A stretch of 64,000 nucleotides of DNA, taken from assembly GCA_965655095.1 (NCBI GenBank), contig OZ296648.1, positions 196,602,001-196,666,000 of the forward strand, read 5' to 3'. Numbering within the stretch: position 1 is the first letter of the stretch; each line of letters opens with the position of its first letter. Positions 48,169 to 60,295 of the stretch are shown one piece after another. The DNA comes from Haplodiscus bocki. Its lineage: Eukaryota. Position numbers and translations under genes: made by a program. The notes below the pieces were generated by a model. That model was not told where the DNA came from and made no database searches. It saw only the letters and a program-made list of their open reading frames with translations.

Positions 48169-50612
48169 CGCAACATAATCAAGCTAGAAAAAATCAAGCC
48201 AGCAGTATTGGAGAAATTTAGTATCAATATTTGTCAACACTAAACACTAAAACTAAATCATGGCGCTATTGGCTTATCAAATTTTGTAGGCATGGCAAGC
48301 AATCAAAAACAGTCAAAGTATAAGTCCTTCACATGTAGACAGCTGTCGATTGAGTCCTCGATGGAAGAAAATAAGCAGGTAGTATTGAAGAAATATGACT
48401 TCGAATGTCGAGATCTGTCTAAACTAAGAACATTTTTGACATTTTCGACCCATCAACGTTCCAATGGAAGCTACAAATCCGTTAAATCGACTAGTCTTTT
48501 ACAATTGGAAAACAAATTATTCAGACGGGAAAAAATGAGAGATTTGTTTCAGAGGGAGATCAGTCTGAAATACAATTTATTTCAAAACAAACAAAACTTC
48601 TCGGTTTTCTCCAGGGTTTCATGATTACAATGCAAGGAACACAATCAGTAGTTTTCGATTGCGTAGTTTCTTACGAACAGCAAGCTATCAATTAGAGCCT
48701 TGAATAAATAAAAGACACATGTAGTGTTGAAGAAATATGAATGTGAAAATCGAAACTAATAGCATTGGTGACTTCTTAGAGTCATTTTAAACCCATATTC
48801 TACCACGAGAAAAAAGCCTTAAATTGAAACCTTGATGGATGAATTGAGGCAAGTGGCATTGAAAACGACGTTTTTGAATATCAAAATGCAACGACATTTA
48901 GGGCAATTTTTGCATATTTTTCCGAATCAGGATTCAAACAAGCAACAAAATCAACAGATTTATAATGAAAACGTCTTTTACAAATTGAAAGTGGTCGTTA
49001 GACATCCTGATGTAGACAAGTCTGTATTTAACGAAAATCATGAATTATATCAAGATGCGGGAATACAAAAGGAACTTTTTGGCATTTTCAGGCCAGCAGG
49101 ATTCCAACGCAAGGAATAAAATCGAAGAGTTTTCACCTGACTGATCCTGTAAAAAGAGCATGCCGTCAATTAAAATCTTGATGGTGGAAAGGAGGCAGGT
49201 ATCGTTGAAGAAAAAAGTATTTAAACATTAAGATTGGATTTGTCGCGACCAGTAACACTTTTTCGGCAATTCCGGTCTATCAAGCTTAGAAATGATTGAC
49301 AAAAATCGATATCATTCACTTGTAAACTACTGCACCAGTAGTAAACTTCTGGTTGAGATCTTGGAGGGGAAACAATCAGCATTTCGTTATGCCAAAAACT
49401 GCGACTGAAAATCGCTGAAAATCAAAAGCAAATGGCTTTTTTGGCAGCGGAGCATTAAAAGAATAGCACAACGAACGGTCCGACAAAACTAATGAATATT
49501 CATGGGAATTGTATAGGATCTGAGAAATTAAAGATCGCGCAAAAAAACGCGATGCTGTTAAAAAACATAGATCATAACTATGATTCGAAATCTTTTTTTT
49601 CAGAAAGAGTTTGTAATAAAAAAGATTATTGGCTTTTCATGAAAGTAGAGAAGTATCCAGCGTTTTTCAAAATGGTGTAAAACGGAACTGTAAGTTTCAA
49701 TAAAACTTTTTGACAAAAACCAACCACTTCATCAAAAACAATTAAGCAAGTATTATCAAAACATCCGGGATAATTGCGAAAAAACGTAGTATTTTGCGAT
49801 GAAAACTTCGAAAAGTCTGTCAGCGTATCTTGGAGCATATGAAAGAAACGGCTTGCAGAGAGATTCGAACCCACTCTCTGCCACTACCTAACCTCGGTGA
49901 TAATTTTCTTTCGTATTAAGCAAGGCCCTAAGTGTGTAGTCTGTTTATCCCGGCTGGCAAGATAGGCTAAGTCTGCTTCTCATAAGTAATTTCAGGAAAA
50001 ATTAAAAATTCGATACTGAAATGAATATTTTTTTCGAGCAAACTTTTCGACTAAAAATAAAATTTTCGGAACTAAGGACGTCCTCGGGCAGTAAGTATTT
50101 TAACGAGGAGTCTATACTAATTTTTTACCGTTGTGAGACTAAATTTTTGACGGAAATGTCAAACTTTTTTTCAAAGATCAACCGACCCCATTGATATTTC
50201 GTGTCTTACGTGCGGTGCTGACTTAAGCCATTCCCATTTTCTTACCTAAGTACAGGCATGTGTTCTATGACAAGCTTTTCAGGGGTGACAATGAAAAAAC
50301 CAATGAAATGAAAAAGTTTTCAGCATAACAAAAAATTGATTGATACATTGTGAAACAAGCTGGGGAAACTTCCCATGGTTTAGAGAAAATCTGGTAAAAT
50401 TAGATTGCAGTCGCAGCGGTCACATCTTGTGAATTTCAGACAAACTTCATGGAATTTCATTCATGCCAGCGGCAAACAAAATTTAAGTATGCAAGTTTTT
50501 TTCTGAATCATGGCACATCGTGGAAAGTTAGTTTAGAGTCGTGGGAATTTAGCGAGAGAAGAGTTCGCTTCCGCTTGGGGGGTGGCTCTGTTAAAATTCT
50601 CATTACTACTGA

Positions 50613-51148
50613 CAAGGTTGGAAAAAATCGGATTTTTTTCAAAAAAATCCAAATCAATGATTTTTTTTATTTAAATCAGGATTTTTGATTTAAATCAAGA
50701 TTTATATCAACTTTTCGGATTTTTTTACGGAAACTTGTGGTAAAGATTCACAAATGTTCAGAATGACGTAAAATGTAATTTAAATGTCATCAGCACGTTA
50801 TATATCTCGTTTTGAGTACGTGCGGACTATTTTGGAACTCATTTTTGGCCATGGAATCAATTTTTAGAACTCAATTTCCCTTGCGTGATGCTTGAAAATA
50901 TAGAATAACGAAGAGCAAGAAGTTAATGGTCCGGAACTTCATAATGTAGGACAACAGCTCTGGGTGAAGTTCGCTTGCAAAATCCAACGCTGAGGATTCT
51001 TCATCATCGAAGGTTCGAATCCCGCTGGTGTCTACTGTTTTTTTATTTAAATCAAAAAACGATATTTAAATCTTTGATTTAAATCATGATTTAAATCAAT
51101 GATTTAAATTAATGATTTAAATCACTTGATTTAAATCAACCAACCCTG
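50613..51148. mobile_element. hAT-type MITE (536 bp)
   Basis: Termini CAAGGTTGG / CCAACCCTG, perfect 8-bp TSD ACTACTGA, subterminal palindromic GATTTAAATC arrays at both ends. Confidence 0.9.
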
Positions 51149-51863
51149 ACTACTGATGACTGATGGAGGGGGGGGGCGTTAACAGAAAAGATCCAAGCTG
51201 CGATGCACAGTTTGGCATCAATGGGCTTCGAACTCTATTACACCCTATGGGAAACCCTATGGAAAGAATTTGTCTGAACATGCATGTGGAGCACATGAAT
51301 TGCATTAGACTTCCTCCACGCGCGTTCCATTTGAGTAAAAAAGGAGAAAAAAGAGAATTGAAGAAGCATGGCGCTTAATTCCTTTCTACTCTTCCCAAAA
51401 AATCTTTCATGTGACAGAGGCATTGCGATAGGAACGTAATTTGATTACGAAAAGAATAGAAGGAATAAATTGAAGAAAAGAGACTTTAAATGAGTGGACG
51501 ATACTTAGAATATGTTGAAAATTGCAAAAATGTCATTTGTTCTTCGATTTGATTGATTCAAAGAATGCTGCTGCGTAGGAGTGTAATCAGTACGCGAGAC
51601 TTTTGGCTACCGGTGCCGCTCAATTAACCGACTGTAGTATTGAACCAAGTTTTGTTGCGCGTATTATCTTTACTTGCGCTGACCCCTCGGAAATGTTGCG
51701 TAACCGAATCACTTCGACTGAGCCAAAAATATTTGGGAAGCGATCAAAATTTTGCTCATAGAACAATCGGTTTAATGAGCAGTAGCTAGCTGATACGTCT
51801 CTCCTCCGCCATCCATTACACCCATGCAAACGCGCTTAAAGAAGATTGGGAACAAACACGAAC

Positions 51864-52091
51864 TTGAGTTCATTTCTGTGCTGGCTCACAATCTCATTGT
51901 CCATCCTCTGCAACTCCAGAATACCGCCGCCCTCCTTGTTGATTTTCTCGAAGGCCACTTTCAGCTCGCTTCTCCACGTGGCTTGTTTGTCAATCAGTGT
52001 CTCGTAGGGCGTCTGCACAAAGTCCACTGCCCAAATGTCCAGATGCAACAGAATTTGAGCAAACGAGGGTCTCTCCTTGAATTGCTGTCTC
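51864..52091 (-). CDS. MAP3K13: Host MAP3K exon: kinase subdomain XI and start of the leucine zipper
   Basis: (W)RQQFKERPSFAQILLHLDI...QATWRSELKVAFEKI...EIVSQHRNELK matches the DLK/LZK RPSFxQILxHLDI and WREEVKxxFEKI motifs. Acceptor gtgtttctag, donor GTTCGT. Family-level symbol. Confidence 0.85.
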
Positions 52092-52189
52092 CTAGAAACA
52101 CAAACATCCAATAAAAAATGTCATGCCTTGTCCCTAGTTCAACATAGAAGAAAAACTACTCTCTCGTCGACTGCGTTTTCTCGTAAAGC

Positions 52190-53135
52190 TGCCAATTGGG
52201 CTAATGCAGCCATTTCTTACTTACCCTGTAGGTATAGGAGCAAGTTGGGATCTTTCCTGGTAATTACCTGTGATGAGCGTGCGCTTTCCGGTCAAAATTG
52301 AGTCTTGTTGCCGGGAAGTCGCCGTCTTCGGAATTAGCGACATCACGAAGCGCATCTATTATATCAAGATCAATATTTAAATCTAACCGGCTTGAAACCA
52401 ACCTGAGCGGACTATTTTCGGTGTTCCCTGTAAAATCTCTTCGATCAGGGTTCTAGACTATACTATTAGGTCCGTTTCCTGATGAACCTGTAATCGATAT
52501 TACAGCCATCTCAACTCGTGGAATAACCACATCATTCACTGCTGTCAAAATCACGTCATGCGATAACAGCACTGTTGACTGCATCTCTGATTCTGTCGTC
52601 GGTGTTATTCCCTATCACTAGATTTTGACTTGCAATGTCAACGATCCTCTCAATATTTCTCTTGCAGCCACTAGCCTGTTGTTTTAAAGTCTCATTTTCA
52701 GTAACACCGATAGAGGTGTTCATTCCAATGATAAAATCATTCAAAGTCTCATTCAATTGACTAAGTTGCCTTTTCTGTTGGCTCTTCTTGCGTGTGGAAA
52801 CCATGTTCATACAATTTTGAACTGACCAAAGTTACAAATGTTAACGCGCAACAAACAATTATTGAGACTTTACGAAAATGTTTATAACTGAATGCAACAG
52901 TTTCAAAATATAAATCGTGTTCCATCGGCTAGAAGCTTGAAAGATTGTCTTGAGTAAGTTTTGTGCAATTGTTTTAAAGTACAGGAGATGATATTGACTG
53001 ATCGGTAAGAAAACTCTTTCCGTAGTATTCAACTGGTCGGTGTGAAAACTTTTTTGTTGTGTTTTCTTTTTTTCCTTCGTCCCAATCGATCCGAGGGAAA
53101 ATTCGCTGTCATGGTCCTTGTCGTCAGCCAATTGT
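52190..53135 (-). mobile_element. 5' internal region of an LTR retrotransposon (PBS-like site, leader, gag N-terminus), truncated
   Basis: CA-AT-TGGCTGACGAC PBS-like junction near 53120-53135; ORF MVSTRKKSQQKRQLSQLNETLNDFIIG. Confidence 0.5.
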
Positions 53136-55914
53136 GATTGTCCTCTTGATGTCGCAGATTGTAGGGTTGTGACTAAAACTGTAACATTAAAGAGGAATTT
53201 GCCGGTTATTCATGACAACACCTTTAAGTAGTTGTAAAACCAGTGGAAATATTCTAAATATAAATCATTAAAGTATATAATACCGCTCTTGCATTACAGT
53301 CAAAAAGATAGATAATAATAACTGCAATGGTGATTACATATACGGGTAAATTGGTTTCGTGTACATTTGCATGCGTAGATAGAAGGAGTAAATGAATTGT
53401 GTCATGATCTATTACATGTGATATACTTTTGACATAGCATTTGAGTAGGGATAGTAAATATTTATGTCAGAAAAAAACAGTTTGAAGTGCATTTGACGCT
53501 ACTCATCAAATGCTGTACATTAAACAAAATTCACGAAGAAAGTGTAATTAAATACTAGTATATGGTTTGATCAATTAATTTATATGTAGTTTCAAGAGAA
53601 TATTATATTAATATTAATAAGAAGCTGTAGGCTAATTTAAATTTACTCCCGTTGTCCTTAAAGCTACCTCTCCTTTACGTCAATTTTCTGGCGTTGGACG
53701 TACTTTTGACAGAAGTCTTGAGTAGTCGTGCGACTGAGGGAATGAAGGCTTGCTTGCCGTCAGCTACGTCAAACGCGTCAATAGCACTTTTAATGACATG
53801 AAGAATTAAAGGTGCAGGCTTTGTTGTTAGTAACTGGTCAGAATAGCGTCAGTCAATAGGAATTTGACAGAGCCATACACAAATTAATTGAATAAGACTA
53901 CAGTGAACTCGTTTCCTTCTTTACGATCAAGTGCGCTTCTTATTATTTGAAAATAGTACAGATTTACATCAGACATAAGATGTAACGTATTATTATCGTA
54001 GCCCTCTAAAACATTTTATTTTCTTATATGTATATAAGGCCATGTAATAGAAAAGCATAAGTGATATATATATATGTAGAAATTTTTATGTAAATATTCA
54101 GGAATGTACTTTACTTTACTCTTGGAATAACAGTAGCAAGTTTCCTTGTGTTGTATTTCCGTTATTGATAATGCATACTATGCCGTCACAGGCGGCAGCC
54201 TGCGATACTGCCCGTGAAATGAAGGCTATGGCGGTGTTTTGGAGTCTAGCGATGAATGCCTGTCGTTTGGGGCGTCGCTCACGTATTGTTTCACATGGTT
54301 CTGCCGTTTGTTGCAAATAATCTGCGGTCTTCTATGACTACTTGCTCATAAGATTTACCGCATACTATACACCCTGGGGTTTGTTTCTGTACTTCTGAGT
54401 GGGCGTGTAGAGCCAACTGTTTGAGTTCCTAGGCGCCTGCTTTAATTTGGCGTTGTTCAGGATCGTTGCACAGTGGGGTGTATTCGGAAGGTCGTATGGT
54501 TTGAATAACTGAGATGGTCTTTTGTTAGAGGGTGTAGAAGATTCTGGGGAATCTTTTGTTGGTAGCACCTGTCTAAGTTCGATCAGATGAAGCCCTGATT
54601 GGGAAAAGACATCGTCAGATACCTGAGACACATTGTGCATGTTTTTGCCCTGTTGAGAGTCAGTGGTGGCTCAGTGTGATAATGTAGGCATATCTACGTC
54701 ACAATTTGAGATTGCGACTTGGACTGTGTTTGTGGGGTCGTTCGGGTGGATCAGAATTTGGTTTAGCCAGCAGTCATTGTGGTCGTTGGTTAGGTCTCGA
54801 TCAGATAAGTGGTATTGGGTCTCGGTATCTTCATCGCTGGATAAGTAAAATGCATCTGCCTGCATTGGTTCATCCTCGTACAATAAAAATTATGTTTTTT
54901 GTTCTGCCATTATTTTTGTTCAAAAGTGAAAGAGATCCGTTGTCTTTGTAAGAAAAAATTGTGAAGTTTGAGAAAGCGTTAGCGGAGTTTTGTCAGTCTC
55001 AATGAGAGCAGGAAATTTAGTGGAAAGAAATGTGTTTCAATTGGGATGGGGGGAAAAGGTTGGGAAGTCCCGCCAAAATCCCGTCAAATCGTAATGAAGC
55101 GACATTTGTTTTTGATATGGATTAGAAGTAAAATAAATTCGAGGTAAATATTGGTGAAGCGATGAAGGCGAGTGAAGGTGAGAGCGTTGTTGTGTGATGT
55201 TGTTGAGCTTACAATGAAAGCTGGTTGGACAACTAAGTAAAAAAAGCGAAACAAGGAAAATCGACGATTCTAATGGCGACGATAGTCAAATTCAGTTTAT
55301 CCAATCAGATGATTGTGATAATTTTCGGTTAAAATTGAAATTAAATGAAGCCTGAAATGTAAATGAAACAAAATTTCTATGTCAATGTAATAGTATTGTG
55401 ACGTAATAAGGGCATAGATAAAAATGATCGATAGGGAAATTGTAAGTCAACTCTGGCAGAAGTTGACGTTGTTCGATGTGAATATGTATGTAGTTGAAAA
55501 TTTTAGCGCAAGAACTGATAATATGACAAAGTTGTGACGTAAATCCATATTGTACTGCCAAGACGTCCACACCTTTGCTAACTTCTAATATTGTACATTT
55601 GTTTATTATTAGTTAGAGGTCGTTGTAGATATTGTTTACATTGTCATATATGATCCACAGCTCAACTGTATATATTGTCTAGTCAGGAGGGAAGTGATTG
55701 TTGGAAAAAGACTGTTTTGTCGAATTGGATTATCAGCAATGACTGAAATGGGTCAGCTTGCTCCGAAAATTTATTCTTGCGTGTTTCGGAATTGCAAATC
55801 GAGAACTACTTGATCAGTGAAAATTTTCACCCGGCCAGGGTGATTTTTTTCACTTCTACAGCTCGCGATTCAAATTTAATATGAACTATCACGTGTTTCC
55901 GGAATTAGACGTCT

Positions 55915-58900
55915 ATGAAAATGAGCGATTTTGCAGTTAATTTACCACGAACGCTCATAAGTTTTCGCCGTTTACGGAAGAAACCCAATTTACAAGAGAG
56001 GAGCCAAACTGAAGAGGATCAGGAACTAGTGATTTCTCCCCCGAGTACATCTGCTGAGACAGTTCAAATTCCTGCGACAGATACGTCGCCCAAAAAGACG
56101 ATGACGGCGTTGCGGAGTGCCCGTCCCGAATCAAACACTGATGGGATCACTGCTCAGAATATGGAAGGAGTGCTTCAGGAAGTTGTCAATCCGGAGGGGT
56201 CTGTTGGGAGCAGTGGAGATACAGATGTCAATGTATACTGTCAAGCCAGACTTCGGTCGTTGAGTTGGGGTTGCACACGTTGGTGGAAGTGAGTGAAGTG
56301 ACTATTGCGAAAACTTTAGGTGGTCCTAATGTTGGTGGAATTGATGATCAATCCTTGAATCTTGGTGTTGTTGGAGAAACGGAAGAAGAAAGTCGAGAGA
56401 ATGTGAAATCGACGCCAGTGAAAGTAGTCAGTGGAGTGAGTAATGTGGCGAAAATGAGATTCCCAAATGATTCACCACTGAAACGTTTTGTTGGAGTAGC
56501 CTCTGTGATTAATGATGACGAGGAAGAGCTTATGTGTGAAGTAAATCAGTCTGCGGAAAAGAGAAAGTCGAATGACGGTGGGGGCAGAATGGGGGCATCA
56601 ACTGGTGGGCTAACGACTGAGATTGTACTTTCCGAAATGGATGATAAGGTTGCAATGAAGCCCCCAACTAGTCCTGCTAGCGCTCCTTTGTCTGGTGAAC
56701 CATCTTTGGGTATTGAGTGTCTCCGCGAGAAGAGTTGGTCAATGGCGAAAAGTTTCCAAACGGAGTAAATATTATCCAGGTCAGTCTGCCAAAACTTTAT
56801 TGAAAGACTTTTTCGAGTTGTATCCTCCAACAACATTGGATCCAGGACACACCACCACTAGTGTTAGCGCCAACCAGTTGATTCAATTGGCTTGTGCGCT
56901 CAGTTTGGTGATTACATTTGCTTGATACGGACTATTAGAAGATTCACTAGTTCGTTCGCGAGGAGTTGGTGCTGTTGTTCCTCATGGGATGCCCAGGAAA
57001 TCGCCATATCCTAGCGCAGTTGGTTCTATCCTTGGTGATAGTGTTGCGTCGCAGTCCCGGTATTCTTTGCACACTGTTACAGGACTAACTTACCTCTCGA
57101 AGTGATGCTCTTCTCGATTTACGTCATTCTTCTGTCAATGTACCAAGTTGTTCCCACGGAGGCGCCGTCGATCTTTAAGATGTTCCACTGGCCGTGCTTG
57201 TAGACCAAGAAAGAGTGAGAAGGATGAAAGGAAAAAAGAAGGCAGGTGATATGTTTAAGCTATCACGTGAGGGAAAGCCTAATCCAATTCCAAAAAACCA
57301 AAAAATAGTGTGTCTGAAGGTGGATCGATTTTTTGCAGAGGAAAAGTTGCAGCGAGTGCCCTGGGCGAAAAATTTTGCGACCCTTAAACAACCGTCAAAA
57401 AATAACTGTATGATCTGTCGACTAAATGTATCCATGCGTGCTCGGGGTGTGTACGAGGTCAAGAGACATAACCAAAGTCCAAATCAATTGCGTCAGGACC
57501 AACGATTAAGAGAGAAATTTTAGCCAGAGGCCATGAGAGAGAGAGAGAGAGACGCTAGAATTTTACATGGAAAGCGATTGGAGCCTGGGCGCGAGAATAA
57601 CACGGATTGGGAGGTTCCTGAGATGGATCATAAGCGTCCATTTCATTTCGATGTTCTGGAGGACAAGCCTTTTATGTTAACAAGTGTCGAGTATCGGATC
57701 CGTAAACAGTTGCAAGTATTGACAACCTTTCTGATAGGTGGAGGCCCGTCATGGGAGTTAGAGAAGTTCTGGACACAAGTTGGGATTTTAACTGGCTATT
57801 CTGCTGCTACGTGTGATTTCAATTGGAGTCAGGAACATATTAGTGTAAGTAATTGGTCATTGAGTTGTTTTGTGACATGATTTTGACATGTTATTTCTCG
57901 TAGTGTGGGCACTTGGTCATTAAGTTGTATTGTCAAATGGTCGTCACATTTATGAATTTTGACGTTGTTTTTGTATCAGGCTATTTTGCACCATTGCATC
58001 GTTCGACTGCTGGAGCAATTGAAGATTGTATTGGCAAGATCTAAGTTTGTGTCGCTGGAGTTTAAAACTGAGAAAATGTTGAGAAGAATGAGTGTGCGCC
58101 TTTGGGAGGGGATTCGTTTGTTGGCTATATGTCTTATGCGGTGTGGAAGAGATGTGCCTCTCGTCACTCAGCAGCTAATGGTCGAAAAATTCTTGGGTGT
58201 TGTTTCGGAAAAACCCCATGAGGTATGATGTGGGGGTGTAACTGTCGATGTTTTGAAGACTTTGAATTTAATGCATTCAAACAAGATTGGGCTCCATTGC
58301 TCGTACACTATTGATACCTTGCACATGGAGAAATTGTTACGCAAGCCAAGTTATAGTGTAATGGGCCAAATCGACATGTTTGCTGTTTTACGCACATTGT
58401 TACCAAGCATCAACGATTGTCTCGATATCAAATGGATGCAGAGCAGTCATCACTTGTGAAAGGTTCGTCAATTCAAAGTCATGGAGCTAATATTTGACAA
58501 GGGGTTGGGTTTGATGTCGTTTGATGTTCAGGCAGAAGATCAGTTTCTTCACCTCAGTACTCTTCAATTGATGGCACAAGACCTAATGCAGCAGTGGGCG
58601 ATTGTGTGTGGCTACATTGTATCAACCTGTCTGCGCCAAGAAATCCAGAATGTAAAAGGACATGTGAGTATAATACTGCATGGGGATTTTTAAGAAAAGT
58701 TGAGTCAAGTAGGTTATTTTGACGTGTGTTTTTCTTTTTATTTTTACCTTCAAAGCGATCGACTGCTATATCACTGGACATCCTTTTTTCTTGTCGCGAC
58801 TGGAACTATTTCAAGAAAGAATGCAGAACTATCGGGAAAAATTTGGAATGTGCAGTGTTGGCAGTCAGAGTGATCAGGGCTTTTATTTAATTGGGCAATT

Positions 58901-59084
58901 GTTGAATTTTTCAACGATTGTTGCAATGGAAAGTGGTGAAATCGAGCTTGCCCTGTGAAGAAGACTGTGATGGAATCCATAATTTAATTTTAACTGATTG
59001 TACGTTCCTTGCCGTCGGAAAGTTCATGAAGAAGACTCAACTTCGATCTTCAGCTTTGCGTGTTGTTAAAACTAGTCCGGATGT

Positions 59085-59166
<82 letters not shown>

Positions 59167-60020
59167 GTGGAAGAAGAGAGTCGCGCAAGCAATGACTGCG
59201 AATTTGGTACATGAGTCTGTGACCCCCTATTTGGAATCAGTACGCAACCACATAAAGTTTCTTTAAGAAGGACTGATCTCGACTAGTGTATAGTAATAAG
59301 GTTTAGCAAAAGCGCTTGCCAGTTTTGATTACCGCATCTTATTTGAATTGCCCAACCAGCAAGCCGCATTCTGTTATGGTTGTTTAGTCAATAGTTTTAG
59401 CGTTCGTGGGTGGGTGGCGAAAAAGTCGAAAACTGTACATGTCGATGAGTACATGGATCTGGTTGATGATCTCCGGTACAATTACATCAGTGATAATGGG
59501 AGTGGGCCTGAAGTAGGCGATGAGGTCGCTCTTCCTTGCGGGTGCCCTGATTAATGTCGGAAAGTGGAAACTTTGACTGTTTTCCAACTTAGATGCTTGT
59601 GTATTTCTCAATTTCCTGCCTCAGTGCCAGATGTAACGTACTGTTCGGCTACGACATCTTCCGAAGGTCCTGATTTGGGTGAAATCATAGAGCCGCTTCA
59701 AAGTTATTTTTTGTCGTGTAATCCAGAGGCGAATAAGTTTACAGATCCCAGCACATATAGTGAATGTGTGGAAATAATAGAGATTTTTAGTGGGACTGCT
59801 TTGAGAAGTGGATATGATGCCTGGACTTATGTCGATTTTTCATGATAAAGAGAAAATCTTCAAAAACTTGAGTGATGGATATAAGGCGATTCCTTCTGCT
59901 GCAGGAATTGAAGACCCGAAATCCAGTTTTGGTGCGCCAGATACTTCGTGTGTTCAGAACCCTATTCCACCCCAACCGCCAAGAATTGATGCCGGAAAAA
60001 TTCGATCATTGTTACATTGA
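55915..60020 (+). pseudogene. Decayed multi-exon gene (~1000+ codons) with a BED-like zinc-finger remnant, convergent with the gypsy pol
   Basis: Chain of plus-strand ORFs; CMIC-x15-RH motif; phase-0 GT-AG introns 57845-57979 and 58223-58285; third donor GTGAGT at 58664. Confidence 0.5.
59089..59165. repeat. (AG)n microsatellite
   Basis: Directly visible. Confidence 0.95.
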
Positions 60021-60295
60021 CTTGATCTTCAATTGCTTTGAACTGTTGTCATGTAATTCCTCAGGGTTGAAAGCCTATTTTATTTGGATTTTTGTCTGTT
60101 AGTTTGTAGTGTTCCTTGGTATTTATTGACTTTTGCCGCCTTTACTTGCTTCGTAGAGTTTTTGCATGGGTTGTATTGCGCTTTGCTATTCCCAGTAGAG
60201 GCGATAAAAAGGAAAAAAATATATTGATAAAAAGCAAAAGAAAAAGAAAAGAACCTCTGGGCGTCTATTGTATTAATTGAACGGTGGACACCTGT

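Noticed and set aside
51005-51035. GGTTCGAATCCC B-box, and a similar one on minus near 49860, as tRNA genes
   Set aside because: No cloverleaf or A-box could be built. At most SINE-like fragments.
51040-51140. GATTTAAATC repeats as a CRISPR-like array
   Set aside because: 10-bp units without unique spacers, inside a MITE with an 8-bp TSD, in eukaryotic DNA.
58918-59214. (ER)n and (SL)n peptide repeats (also 48021-48227)
   Set aside because: Translations of GA microsatellites.
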